Positions 19,205-30,400 of a stretch of 64,000 bases of DNA are shown piece after piece. The translations under genes and the position numbers were made by a program. Within the stretch, counting starts at the first letter, position 1. Each line of letters opens with the position of its first letter. Under the pieces are notes generated by a model that saw nothing but the letters and a program-made list of their open reading frames with translations, was not told the origin of the DNA and ran no database searches. Origin of the DNA: an uncultured Acidobacteriaceae bacterium (GTDB taxonomy: Bacteria; Acidobacteriota; Terriglobia; Terriglobales; Acidobacteriaceae); NCBI GenBank assembly GCA_963763665.1, contig CAVXPT010000005.1, positions 573,122 to 637,121 of the forward strand. Direction: 5' to 3'.

Positions 19205-20989
19205 ATGTCAGATTTTTCTGCTCCGGATACGAAGCGCAGCTATAATCGCTTTCTTTTGCTGGTGGCGGGCCTGGGCGGCCTGCTGTACGGAGTAGACGTT
19301 GGCATCATCGGCGGAGCGTTGCCGTACCTGAAAGCCACCTCGCAGCTAACTGCCGGACAACTTTCCATTATCGTGGCCGCGGTTCTGCTCGGCAGCGTTA
19401 TCTCGACGTTATTTGCCGGACTGCTGGCCGACTGGATGGGGCGTAAGGCTCTGATGACGCTGAGCGGGCTTGCATTCGTCGCCAGCATCCCGATCATCGC
19501 GCTGTCGCCTGGCTATGAGCCGCTTTTCTTCGGACGCTTGTTGCAGGGCGTCAGCGGCGGCCTGATCGGTGTCGTGGTGCCGCTTTATTTAGCCGAGTGC
19601 CTTACGGCGGCACATCGAGGCAAAGGTACGGCGGTTTTTCAATGGCTATTGACGCTGGGCATCGTTTTGGCCGCTCTGATCGGGATCTATTACAGCTATC
19701 GGGTGGAGGCGGTCACCCGCATTGCAAATGCGGCTACAGTATTCGCGTTTAAGGATCAGGCATGGCGGCGTATCTTTTGGGTCTCGCTTCCTCCCGGCGT
19801 GTTGTTCGTCCTGGGCAGCCTGTTCGTCGCGGAGTCTCCACGCTGGCTTTTTCTGCGAGGCAAGAAAGAGCAGGCATATGCAGCCCTGCTTCGCTCGCGC
19901 ACTCCAGAACAGGCGACTGTCGAGCTGAAGGAGATGGACGAAACGGCGCTCGCCAAGACATCTTCCACGGCCGGGAAGATCAAGGATTCCCTGCTGCGGC
20001 GAAAGTACGTGATCCCCTTCCTGCTGGCTTGCGTCATTCTCGCCTGTAACACGGCGACGGGCATCAACTCTATCGTTGCCTATAACACCAACATCCTGCT
20101 GCAAAGCGGTTTGTCCGACTTACATGCTCATTGGGGTTATGTTCTATTCACCTTCGTCAATTTTTTGATGACGATTGTTGGCATGACACTGGTGGACCGT
20201 AAGGGCCGCAAATTTCTTTTCATTTTGGGAACCGCTGGCATTACTGCGTCGCTGATCGGTGTAGGGTTGCTTTTTCTCTCGACGGAGAAGGCCAACCTGG
20301 ACTGCAAAAACATTGTGCAATCAATGGTTGGAGTAGACCAGACGCTAACTCTTCCCTTCGATGCAGCAGAGGCAAAGAGACTCCTTGCCGCCAAGGGCTA
20401 CAGTGGCAGCGAGATCAACAGCGATCGAGCCTCGTTGGCGGTCATTTACTCTTATGGCGACTTCACAGCGGCAACCAGCTTCGTCCGTTCAGACGATCAG
20501 GGCGCCGCGCCGATTCAGATCACCCGCGATAACTGCGTACCACACAACAAGGTAGAAGCCTTCTTCAACAATCCGTTTGGCAACCTTGACGCGGCCCGTA
20601 CCGCCCCCTTGAAGATCGAGCGCGCATTGATTGGGCGGGTTCCGGACGCGGGACATGGATGGTTAGTAGCCGTGGGCCTCTACCTTTTTGCGGCGTTTTA
20701 CGCCTCCGGCCCGGGCGTTTGCGTGTGGCTCGCTCTTTCCGAACTGATGCCGACGCGCATTCGATCCAATGGCATGAGCATTGCTTTGGTGCTCAACCAG
20801 TTGGTGTCGACCACGCTGGCTGGCATCTTTTTACCGGTCGTCAGCAAATATGGCTACTCAGCGATGTTCTTTCTCTTTGCCGGATTTACCGTCATTTACC
20901 TGATAACCGTGACGTTCTTCCTGCCAGAAACAAAAGGGAAAACTCTGGAGGAAATTGAACGGTACTTTGAAGGCGGTGCGACAGCGTGA
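19205..20989 (+). CDS. Sugar-porter-family MFS transporter with a ~125-aa insertion between TM9 and TM10
   Basis: Motifs GRKALMTLSG, AESPRWLF, PETKGKTLEEIE and twelve hydrophobic segments. The extra hydrophilic block runs STEKANLDCKN...RVPDAGHG. ATG 19205 (MSDFSAP) is preferred over GTG 19193. Confidence 0.8.
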   Translation: MSDFSAPDTKRSYNRFLLLVAGLGGLLYGVDVGIIGGALPYLKATSQLTAGQLSIIVAAVLLGSVISTLFAGLLADWMGRKALMTLSGLAFVASIPIIALSPGYEPLFFGRLLQGVSGGLIGVVVPLYLAECLTAAHRGKGTAVFQWLLTLGIVLAALIGIYYSYRVEAVTRIANAATVFAFKDQAWRRIFWVSLPPGVLFVLGSLFVAESPRWLFLRGKKEQAYAALLRSRTPEQATVELKEMDETALAKTSSTAGKIKDSLLRRKYVIPFLLACVILACNTATGINSIVAYNTNILLQSGLSDLHAHWGYVLFTFVNFLMTIVGMTLVDRKGRKFLFILGTAGITASLIGVGLLFLSTEKANLDCKNIVQSMVGVDQTLTLPFDAAEAKRLLAAKGYSGSEINSDRASLAVIYSYGDFTAATSFVRSDDQGAAPIQITRDNCVPHNKVEAFFNNPFGNLDAARTAPLKIERALIGRVPDAGHGWLVAVGLYLFAAFYASGPGVCVWLALSELMPTRIRSNGMSIALVLNQLVSTTLAGIFLPVVSKYGYSAMFFLFAGFTVIYLITVTFFLPETKGKTLEEIERYFEGGATA

Positions 20990-21004
20990 GTCGATCCTCC
21001 TGCA

Positions 21005-21352
21005 CTATTTACTGCGGCTTGTCAGATACCTCTTCAAAGCGAGCGCGTTGTTGTGGGCCACATCATGCGAGCTGAAGAGTAGTGTGACAGGGCCTTTGCG
21101 TACGGCTTTGCGGATGGGCGCTAGGGCCTCCGCGTTCGCGTCCAATTCAACAAAATATCTTCTCTGGAAGTCGTCCCACTTCGCCGGATCATGAGCAAAC
21201 ACTGGCGAAGTTCGGTGCTGGGTGCCAGTCCTTCAGCCACGCCTCAAAGCGCAGAGATTCCTTTTTGATCCCTCGCGGCCAGAGGCGCTCCACCAGAAAA
21301 CGTGTGCCGTCCCCTGGAGTCGCCAGTTCATACTCCGCTTGAGCTGAATCAT
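21005..21352 (-). pseudogene. DUF488-family gene relic with about three frameshifts
   Basis: The pieces lie in different frames: MIQLKR / YELATPGDGTRFLVERLWPRGIKKESLRFEAWLKDWHPAP / TELRQ / FAHDPAKWDDFQRRYFVELDANAEALAPIRKAVRKGPVTLLFSSHDVAHNNALALKRYL. Joined, they reproduce the DUF488 pattern as I remember it. Confidence 0.65.
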
Positions 21353-21574
21353 TTCGTCTCCTCGTCAATGAGCGGCCTTGCCCGTCAGGTTCGCAATCGG
21401 CCGCAGGACGCTTTACTTTGCTTCAATGAGCTCCGCTGCAATGCTAACGCTCAACTATATAATTGGCGCTGCCATCCAGGCGGACATCGATCCACGGCTT
21501 CGAGTCGGATGATCGCTTGCAGCACCTCACATTAGTCCATCAACGTACATCGTCGCAGCCCGCTGTGGCCTGAA

Positions 21575-23008
21575 ATGAACATCACGCTTTTGTCAGCCGT
21601 CGCCCAACTTGCACTGCTTGAGCAGCGTAAGATCTCGCCACTTGAATTAGCGGACGAATATATACGTCAGATTGAACGCATCAATCCCCTTCTGAACGCC
21701 ATCATCGACTTCGATGCAGAGCGAGTGCGCTCACAAGCGCGCGGGGTCCGATTCGGAGCCCTTGCCGGCCTTCCGCTCACCATCAAATCGTCCATCGCAG
21801 TTCAAGGGCATCGCTGTGAGATCGGCAGCGTTCTGAATCGCGGAAATATCTCCGCCTCGGATGCGGAGGCGGTGAGGCGGCTCCGCAGCAACGGCGCCGT
21901 GTTCCTGGGAACGACAAACTGCCCCGAGTTTCTAATGGCGTATGAGACAGACAACCTGCTGTATGGAAGGACCAGCAACCCGTGGGATCTTGACCGATCG
22001 GCAGGCGGATCGAGCGGTGGCGAAGCGTCGGCGATTGCCGCCGGTCTCTCTGCAGGTGGACTGGGCAGCGACAGTGGCGGCTCCGTGCGCGAGCCCGCGC
22101 ACTTTTGCGGCATCTGCTCATTGAAACCAACGCCCGGACGTGTGCCCGGACGCGGACATAATCCTCCGTGCATTGGACCATTTTCAACGCTAGGTGCGAT
22201 TGGGCCGATGGGCCGCACTGTCGCCGATGTGAATCTGCTTTTCCGGCTGCTGGCAGCCCAGGATCCCTTCGATCCGGTGAGTCCCCCGGTTGAACTTCGC
22301 TCCGTGTCGATTGAGGACGCCAAGGCGATCCCGATCGGATGGTTCGAGGACGATGGACTGATTCCGGTGACCGCGGAGACGCGGCAGGCGGTACGAGACG
22401 CCGCAAGGGCTCTGGAGCAGCAGGGCTTCAAGGTCCGTCCATTTCGTCCCGCGTGGCTGGAGGCGGCGCGGGAGTTGTGGTGGAAATTCTTCGTGCAGTG
22501 CGGTGCAATGTTCTATGCTCCTACGATTCGCGGACGTGAACAGGAATTGAGCCCAATTTTTCGGAACTTTCTGGAGATTGCGCGCTCCAAACCACCGCTG
22601 ACACCAGAATCTCTGCTTCAGGCATGGGCCGATTGCGACCTGGTTCGAGCTAAGTTGTTGGCGGAAATGCATGAGTTTCCTATTCTGCTGACACCCGTCT
22701 CTGCGGTACCGGCTTTCCGACACGGCGAGCGCGAGTGGATGATCGACGGCACGGCTGTCGGTTATCTCGATGCAATGCGCTACACCCAATGGTTCAACGT
22801 GCTTGCATCGCCTGCTGCAGTTGTTCCGGTTGGCACTTCCGCCGAGGGGCTCCCGATCGGAGTACAGGTGGCCGGCCGGCCGTTTGAAGATGAAAGCGTA
22901 CTGGCTGTAGCTGCCGCGGTTGAATTAGCGTTTGGATATCGGCCGCCACCGCTCGCCAGAACTTCGTCCTCGGGAGCGCAGCTCATCAGCGGCGCTGGCC
23001 ATCGATAA
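21575..23008 (+). CDS. Amidase (amidase-signature family)
   Basis: AS signature GGSSGGEASAIAAGLSAGGLGSDSGGSVREPA with an upstream catalytic-Lys block (GLPLTIKSSI). Confidence 0.9.
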   Translation: MNITLLSAVAQLALLEQRKISPLELADEYIRQIERINPLLNAIIDFDAERVRSQARGVRFGALAGLPLTIKSSIAVQGHRCEIGSVLNRGNISASDAEAVRRLRSNGAVFLGTTNCPEFLMAYETDNLLYGRTSNPWDLDRSAGGSSGGEASAIAAGLSAGGLGSDSGGSVREPAHFCGICSLKPTPGRVPGRGHNPPCIGPFSTLGAIGPMGRTVADVNLLFRLLAAQDPFDPVSPPVELRSVSIEDAKAIPIGWFEDDGLIPVTAETRQAVRDAARALEQQGFKVRPFRPAWLEAARELWWKFFVQCGAMFYAPTIRGREQELSPIFRNFLEIARSKPPLTPESLLQAWADCDLVRAKLLAEMHEFPILLTPVSAVPAFRHGEREWMIDGTAVGYLDAMRYTQWFNVLASPAAVVPVGTSAEGLPIGVQVAGRPFEDESVLAVAAAVELAFGYRPPPLARTSSSGAQLISGAGHR

Positions 23009-23089
23009 AGAGTTGGCTACGAAATCGCATGATCGCTTAAAGCGCGATCGGACAAACGATTGATTATGAGTCAATGATTGATTGAATCG

Positions 23090-24874
23090 TTACTTCTTGG
23101 GAATTTCCGGACGGATCTTCTCGAAGGGAACAATGCCCTGCCCTTCCAGAACGGAGTAGTACCTGTCAGCGGCGAGATTGCTCAGTGTCTCTACTTTGCC
23201 GGATGGCCAATGAATGGTGACGCTCTGAATCTTTTCCGCTGAGCCCAGCCCAAAATGCGCACGCAGATCACTCTGCGAAAGGTAACTGCCTCCGCTGTGA
23301 ATCTCGTCGGTCTGAGTCATACCTCCTGCAATAATGCTGATCCGCGCATTCAATGCAAGGCGATTGCTCTTGGTACCGGCGAGTTCGAAGCTGACCCAGT
23401 GACGACCCGGTATGCCGCGATTACGAAGAAGCATGGGAGCACCATCGATGTCGCCTACAACGATATCCATATTGCCATCGTTGAAAAGATCGCCGATTGC
23501 CAGGCCGCGGGAAACACGCCGCTCCTTGAGAGCAGGGCCAGCCTCATCGCTCGCGTCGCAGAAGGTTCCATTCTTCTGATTGAGATTGAGGAGCTTGGGT
23601 TCGCGATAACCTCCGCCTGAGGGCAACGAGTCCACCTGCGGGTAGACATGACCGCTGACGGCGATGAGATCGAGCCAGCCGTCGTTGTCCACGTCGACGA
23701 AAGCCGTTCCCCACTTGACCCAGGGAAGCGAAGGCAGGGCGATGCCAGAGGCGTAGGAGTCTTCCTTGAAGTTCCAATCGCCATCATTGCGATACAGCAG
23801 ATCGTTTTCGTCTGAAAAATTAGTGACGGAGATCGATGGACGGCCGGTGTGATTGTAGTCTCCGAGGGCGATGCCCATGGAGGCTTGCTCGGACCCGTCA
23901 TCGCTAACCGCTGTCCCCGACTCAAGGCCGATCTCCTGAAATTTCCCGTTGCCCAGGTTCTTGTACAGATATTTAGGCGTGGAATCGTTGGTTATATAGA
24001 TGTCGGGACGGCCGGTATTGTTGAAATCTGCCCAGACAGCCCCGAGGCCGTAATAGCCGGGTAGATCACTGACTCCCGCAGTTTTGGAAACGTCGGTGAA
24101 TGTTCCATCGCCGTTGTTGTGGAACAGCGAGTCACCAGCGCCACGCAGCCCGCGCGGTCCGCACTGCACATCGATGCCGCGATATTTGCAAAACGGTGCG
24201 CTTCCGAAGCCCGGCAAGTCATCCAGATGGAAGTCCACATAATTGACCACCATCAGGTCTACATAACCATCGCCGTCGTAATCGCCGAAAGCGGCGCCGG
24301 TTGACCAGCGGCCGTCGGCGACACCGGCCTTCGCAGTGACATCGGTAAACGTGCCATCGCCATTATTACGGTAGAGGACGTTCCCTCCCAGGCAGGTCTC
24401 GTAGATGTCGGGCCATCCGTCGTTGTTGTAGTCGCCCACCGCGCCGCCCATGCCGAAGCATGGGGTCACCAGGCCAGACTTTGCGGTTACATCCGTGAAA
24501 GTGCCATCGTGATTATTGTGGTAAAGCACGCCCAGGCTCTTCTTGCCCTTGATGGCCAGGTCAACAGTCGGAGCGTTTGTGAAGTAGATATCCGGCCAGC
24601 CATCGCGATCGTAGTCGATGAGTACGACGCCCCCACTCATCGACTCGACGATATAGCGCTTCGATGGGTCAGAAGTATGAGTGAAGGTGATGCCGCTGGC
24701 AGTAGTGACATCCTCGAGTTGCGGCACTGGACGACCAGAACACTTCGTGCTCTTCGCTCCGGGCGGCGGAATCGAAGGTGCATTATGCCCGCTTTGCGCC
24801 CAAACGAAATTGGCTGAGAGCGAAAGAATCGCGAGCGAACGAAGAATAGATGCTCTGCTGAGAGAAGTTCTCAA
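23090..24874 (-). CDS. CRTAC1-family protein (FG-GAP/VCBS repeats plus ASPIC/UnbV C-terminal domain), Sec signal
   Basis: Repeated FG-GAP-type units (DYDRDGWPDIYF, GDYNNDGWPDIY, GDYDGDGYVDL, DVDNDGWLDL, GDLFNDGNMDI). C-terminal UnbV block (HSGGSYLSQSDLRAHFGLG). Signal peptide ..ANFVWAQS. Confidence 0.85.
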   Translation of the reverse strand: MRTSLSRASILRSLAILSLSANFVWAQSGHNAPSIPPPGAKSTKCSGRPVPQLEDVTTASGITFTHTSDPSKRYIVESMSGGVVLIDYDRDGWPDIYFTNAPTVDLAIKGKKSLGVLYHNNHDGTFTDVTAKSGLVTPCFGMGGAVGDYNNDGWPDIYETCLGGNVLYRNNGDGTFTDVTAKAGVADGRWSTGAAFGDYDGDGYVDLMVVNYVDFHLDDLPGFGSAPFCKYRGIDVQCGPRGLRGAGDSLFHNNGDGTFTDVSKTAGVSDLPGYYGLGAVWADFNNTGRPDIYITNDSTPKYLYKNLGNGKFQEIGLESGTAVSDDGSEQASMGIALGDYNHTGRPSISVTNFSDENDLLYRNDGDWNFKEDSYASGIALPSLPWVKWGTAFVDVDNDGWLDLIAVSGHVYPQVDSLPSGGGYREPKLLNLNQKNGTFCDASDEAGPALKERRVSRGLAIGDLFNDGNMDIVVGDIDGAPMLLRNRGIPGRHWVSFELAGTKSNRLALNARISIIAGGMTQTDEIHSGGSYLSQSDLRAHFGLGSAEKIQSVTIHWPSGKVETLSNLAADRYYSVLEGQGIVPFEKIRPEIPKK

Positions 24875-24891
24875 ATCATTGATAGCCTGAG

Positions 24892-27279
24892 TCAGGGAGT
24901 CCCTTTCGTTGCCGCCGCAGCGCGTTCGCGCGATTCTGCCTTGAGCTGTTTGTAGATATTCAGTTCGTTATCTGCGTCGGCAGTGCGGCCTTCTTTGCGA
25001 TAGGCCGCCTGCAGCTGATAGTGCATATAGTCAGTTTTAGGACTCAGATGGGCGGCTGCTTCGAAGTGAGCGATCGCATCGGCGGTCTCGCCGCGGTCCA
25101 GAAGTATCTTACCGAGCTCATATTGCGCATTCGCATGTTCCGGGCGTGCAGCAACTACCTGCTCAAAGAGCTGCGCTGCTTCCTGTGTGCGCGATTGCTG
25201 CAGATACACGAAGCCAAGATGGTATTGCGCATCAGTATCCCTGGGATACAGAGACAGCTCCCGCTGGAATTGCTGCGCTGCCTCCGGCCATCGCTCCCAG
25301 CGAATATAGGCTAGCCCCGAGTCGAAGTGAGCTTTGCGCTGTGTGGGGTTGGATCGGAGTGCCTCGGAGAAAGTCGCAACCGCGCGCGAATAATCGCCAA
25401 TCTCCGTCCAAAGCTCGCCGGCTAGTAAAAGAACCTCGTTGGGTCTTGGAGTGGACTGAAATGCATTCAGAACCTCGGTTGCTCGCTTCATGTCGCCCGT
25501 ATGCGCTAGCGAGGCCGCCCACGCGTACCCGGTTTCGCCGTCAGTCATGCCGCTGGATCCCAAAGAAGCAAACGTCCTTGCCGCCTCGGTATATCTGTCG
25601 GTGGCGAAGTAGGACATTCCCAGCATGGCGCGCACCGGGGCCGAAGCCGGGTTTTGGACGATAGCTTTGGAGAGTCCGCGTATCGCTTCCGGATAGTTAG
25701 CGGCACGAAATGCAGATTGACCGAGGTTCTTCTCCAGCCCTGGGACGGAGGCGTCCCAATGCTCGACCTGCTGGTAGTAAGTCAGCGCTTTTCCATAGTC
25801 TCCGAGAAGCGCCTGAGAGGTTGCGAGATCGCTGTATGCCTGCCCAAGCACGGAGCGAAGCTTCTCTTCCCGCACTATCACGGCCTCGCGCTGCATTGCT
25901 GTCAGCTTGCTCTTGGCAAGCATCGCGGCATCGAGCTTTGCGGATGAATCAGCATTGAATTGCGGCAGAGGCGCGGCCTCGTTTTCCTGCTGTCGGCTCA
26001 GAGGAACCACAGCAGCAGCCATTCCGCCTCCTCCGGCCTGGGCGATGGATGCGATGCGCTGCTGGCTTTGCTCCATGGTTTTGTTCTGCAGTTCACGTGC
26101 TTTGGTGAGGAAAACCTCCGCCTCATCTTTGCGGCCGGAGGTCTCCAGAATCCGACCCAGATCGACATATGCGCGCCGAATCTGATAATCGGATCGGGCT
26201 TCGTCCTTTCCCGTCAATAGGACCGCTCTGCGCAGCATGGCCTCTGCTCGCTTTGCGTTGGACTGCGCATAGGCATTGAGGCCCATATAAAGCGGCGGCT
26301 CCGGAGCCTCCGGTTGTATCCCGGCAGCGATGGTGAGGTAGTGATCCGAGTCCGGATATCGACGCTCCTGCGACGCCATAAAACCAAGCATGTAATTGGC
26401 GAGATAGTCGTGAGGATAATTGCGAACCTCACTCCTCATCTCCGCTTCAGCGTCCGGAGTCGGTTTCCATTCATTTAGAGAGAGTTGCGCGAGGCCCAGG
26501 AAATAATGAGCGTGGGGTGTCGCCGGATCGATCTGGACCGCACGGCGGAATTCGTTGAGCGCTGACGGCATATCCTCAGCATCACGATACGCGCGACCAA
26601 AGAGGACGTGGAGTGAACCGCTGTCACCGGCAATGTTCTGCATCCGGCCAAAGGTCTGCATGGCTCGCTGCTTGTCTCCCGGGTTCTTCGTTGCGAGCAG
26701 AGAGAGAGCCAGCGAATACAGCGTTGGAATGTCAGGATGGGAGTTTGAGAGGCGCGTGAGACTTTCTGCTGCGCGGGTATAGTCTCCCTGTTGCATGAGC
26801 GCACGCGAAAGCACCTGATCCGCCATGGTGTTGCGCGGAGACGTTGCCCGCGCCATGTCCGCATCGGAGATGGCGGCATCCAGTTGGCTCTCCTGCAACT
26901 CGGCCAGAGCGAGATCAGCACGTACTTCCGCCGATCCATCAAAATCAAGGGATTTTCTGTAAAGCTCCGCGGCTTGCGGAGAGGCTCCTTCCACCATTCT
27001 CAAGTCGGCCATCTCGCGTAGCGCGACGGCGATCAGGCGTCTGCTGGCTGCGCTGATAGCAATGGGACCGCCGGATGCGCGAGCCGCATTGGTTTCCGCG
27101 ATTCTGGCATTCAGTTCTAAAACATCCGTATCCACTGTCGACGCGCCTGGTGCAGTGGTGCTCGGCATTCGGTGTTGCGCCTGCAGGCCAGACAGAGGGG
27201 CGCCCTGAAACGTGGCGACGACGGTGAGGGCAAGTACGAGAAACAAGTGCCGGGGCAGATGCGAGACGGATTGGAGCAT
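24892..27279 (-). CDS. Secreted tetratricopeptide-repeat (TPR) protein, 795 aa
   Basis: N-terminal signal-like helix followed by many 34-aa A/Y/L-patterned repeats (e.g. AHYFLGLAQLSLNEWKPT, AQYHLGFVYLQQSRTQEA, AQYELGKILLDRGETADA). It ends 17 bp upstream of the CRTAC1 gene. Confidence 0.8.
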   Translation of the reverse strand: MLQSVSHLPRHLFLVLALTVVATFQGAPLSGLQAQHRMPSTTAPGASTVDTDVLELNARIAETNAARASGGPIAISAASRRLIAVALREMADLRMVEGASPQAAELYRKSLDFDGSAEVRADLALAELQESQLDAAISDADMARATSPRNTMADQVLSRALMQQGDYTRAAESLTRLSNSHPDIPTLYSLALSLLATKNPGDKQRAMQTFGRMQNIAGDSGSLHVLFGRAYRDAEDMPSALNEFRRAVQIDPATPHAHYFLGLAQLSLNEWKPTPDAEAEMRSEVRNYPHDYLANYMLGFMASQERRYPDSDHYLTIAAGIQPEAPEPPLYMGLNAYAQSNAKRAEAMLRRAVLLTGKDEARSDYQIRRAYVDLGRILETSGRKDEAEVFLTKARELQNKTMEQSQQRIASIAQAGGGGMAAAVVPLSRQQENEAAPLPQFNADSSAKLDAAMLAKSKLTAMQREAVIVREEKLRSVLGQAYSDLATSQALLGDYGKALTYYQQVEHWDASVPGLEKNLGQSAFRAANYPEAIRGLSKAIVQNPASAPVRAMLGMSYFATDRYTEAARTFASLGSSGMTDGETGYAWAASLAHTGDMKRATEVLNAFQSTPRPNEVLLLAGELWTEIGDYSRAVATFSEALRSNPTQRKAHFDSGLAYIRWERWPEAAQQFQRELSLYPRDTDAQYHLGFVYLQQSRTQEAAQLFEQVVAARPEHANAQYELGKILLDRGETADAIAHFEAAAHLSPKTDYMHYQLQAAYRKEGRTADADNELNIYKQLKAESRERAAAATKGTP

Positions 27280-27462
27280 ACGAGCAACGGCTACGGAATG
27301 GCTTGATTCTACAGACAGAGCAAGCGACAGGTTTACGGAAAAGTTTCGCCGTCGATTGCAGGAAACTCGCCGGGCAGATTAGCCGTGACTTCGGTGCGAA
27401 GGAGCTTGGACGGAATCCTTACCCGACGGCAAGGATCCCATCCAAGGATATGCAGAGGGTCC

Positions 27463-30400
27463 TTAGAACGAGAACCTCAGCGTGTATTGCAGGTTGCGGC
27501 CTAAATTAAGGTTCTGCGACCCAGCCGAGCCAAAGCCCTTTGGCGTACCGATACTTCCGTCACTGGTCGCGCTGCCTGTGACAATGTTGTTGGTTGGGCT
27601 GCATGGCTGCCCGGATGTGGCCGTCGCCCCTCCGCAGTAGAGCGGCGCCGACGAAGTAAATCCTGAGTTTTCCAGGTTGCTGCTGTTGAAGTTGGGATGG
27701 TTGAAGAGGTCGAAGAAGTCCATACTGAATTTGATCCGGTACTTCTCCTTTATCGTCCAGTTCTTCGCCAGTTGCGCGTCCACGTTTGTGTTGGGAGCCC
27801 CGAAGCAGGAGCCGCGAGACGCCAGATTCGACGGGAAGGTGCCAAGCGCATATCCCTGCAAGGTGAAGTGACTGAAGTTCAGGATGTCCGGACCCTTCCG
27901 TCCGACATTGCATCCCACGCTCGTCACCAAGGGCCGTTGGTTATTCGTATAGCCGGTTCCAACCAAGGAATTGAGCGTGCTCTTCACTCCATTCACGGTT
28001 GCACCGCTCGCGCCAGACGATAGGACAGTGAAGGAGCTGCCCTCTGCCAGCTGAACGATGCTGTTGACCTCCCATCCGCCGACGCTCTGCTGCACCAAGT
28101 GGTTTTGACCGCTGAACTTCGGCAGAAAGAGCACTTCGTTGGCGACAAAGATATTCGGACGATTGATATCGGTGTTTCCCTTGTCGAGTCCGGGGTTTGC
28201 CTGATTGGTGATGGCCTGCTGGTTCAAACTGCCTGAGGAGTTGTCCAGCTCAACATTCGCCAAGGAATGTGACCACGTATACGCCGCCTGGAAGCTGGAG
28301 AAACTGCCAGTTTGTGCCCGGAATAGCACCTGCAGTGAGTTATAGGATGCATGGCCGCCACGGGCAAAACCGCCGATGGTCCCAAAGTTGAAGGCGGGCC
28401 GGTATGCGTTAAAGACCGTACCGCCGTTGGCAAAGGCCGCGCTCAGCCAGTTCCCAGGCTGGACGAAGTTCGCGTCATACATCGACGTAAGATGTACACC
28501 GACATTGCCCACATAACCGACCTGCAGCGTTGTATTGCGTGCCACTTCCTGTTCAAGCGAGACATTCCACTGCCAGGAATTGGGAATAAACCCTCCAGTG
28601 GTCTTCGTCGCATTGGGCGAGACCGACGCACTGGTCAAAGGCGTGGGAGTAGCCAATGAGCGGTTTGTATTGACACCGATAACGAACGGAGCGGTGCGAG
28701 CGAGGCCTTCTGCTATACCCACAGGCTCACGCTGGAAGAACTGACCCGCACCTGCGCGAAGTGCGGTCTTGCCATTCCCGAAGACATCCCACGCGATACC
28801 CAGGCGGGGAGCGATGCTGTGATTGTTCTGCTCGACGAGCGCAGCATTCGAACCTGGCGTGCCGTTTGAAAGCGGCAGGTTTACGCCAACTGAAGCCAGG
28901 AAGGCTCTCTGGGTAGCGCAAGGCGTTGTTCCGTGCACGATTAAAGTACCATTGCATGCGTCGGACGGGTTCGCTGCCGCGAGGGCAGGGTTCCAGGCTT
29001 TCATGCTGAAGTTGGCCCATTGGTTGGCGAAGGTTCCCCCGCCATTGTGCGCCGGATCCGTATTGCCACCGCTCGTTCCTGCATACGGTTCCCGATACAG
29101 CGACCAGCGAAAACCAAAATCCACCGTGAGATTCCGCCGAATCTTCCACGAGTCGCCAATGTAAGGCTCTATGTCCTTCCAGTGAACATCCGCCACGCCA
29201 TCGATGCTGTTCTCGCTGACGCTTGAGAACATCTGAGGGTTGGAGGCCGTGCCGGGCAGCAGAATGTTGGCCAGAGGATTATTTGTCTGAGCGTTCGCAC
29301 TGATAGCTCCCAGCGACCCCGGACCGGTATAGATGCCGCTCGGCAGACCAGGCCGGTCGTTGCCATTCCCGTTGTTTTCCACCTTTTCATTCCAACTGAG
29401 AAAGACTCCCGCCTTCAGGAGGTGATTTCCCTGCACCTTCGACAGGTTGTCCTGCACGGTATAAAGGTCTTCGTGATTTCCATAAGGCGCGATGTTCCAC
29501 ATGGATGTTTGACCTGCGCCTGTTGTTCCGTTTATGTAGCCGTACGGATTTAGGCCTCCCCAGCCGCCAAAGAACTCGCCCTTTTGTTTGATGGACGACG
29601 GGAAGGTTGCCGGATATGCCGCTTGGAGTTTGGGAACATTAGCCGCATGCGTGCCTTGAAGCGTAGTAATAATCGCGTTGTGTCCATAACCGAATTCCAC
29701 ATCGTTGACGATGGAATTGGAGATGGTCGAGCTCAGCCTAGCCACCACGCTCTTGGAGGGCTGGCTCCAACTGGAATTGATTGTCGGAAAGTTCGATTCA
29801 CCCCAGAACGCAGAGCCGTCATTCTGCGCCGGGTTGTCCCAGGAGTCCTGGGTCCAGCGGAGTGTGAGGCGATTCGATTTGGTTAGGTCATAGTCCCCGC
29901 GGACGTTCCACTCGCTCCAGTTCAGGTGATTTGAAATCAGCTGAGAATAGTTGTTTCCGTTATTCAAGCTGCCTAGGTTTGGCGCTGGATAGAACTGGGC
30001 GATCAGCAAACCTGCCGGGTCTGGATTAGCAATCTTCCCGCCGGGAGTCGTATTGCCCGGGAGCGTCGGCAATGTCGCGCCGCACTGGTCGGTTGCAGCG
30101 CCCGGAGCATATCCGCTGAAGTCGCCCGAGGCTTCCGCCGTCGTCGGGACGCAGGCCGCAAGGGGAACGCCCTGTATCTCTTTGTTCCACTCCTGATTCC
30201 ACCATAAGAACAACTTGTCCTTCATGATCGGGCCGCTCAGGTTGTAGCCGTAGTCATGACGGCGCTCCTCCGCCTTGCCCAGATGATTATGGTTAGCAAA
30301 CCAATTGTTGGCATTCAGCGCGTCGTTACGCCCGGCATAGAAGAAGCCGCCATGAAGCTGATTGGTGCCGGATTTGGTGGTAATGCTGATGATCGCGCCC

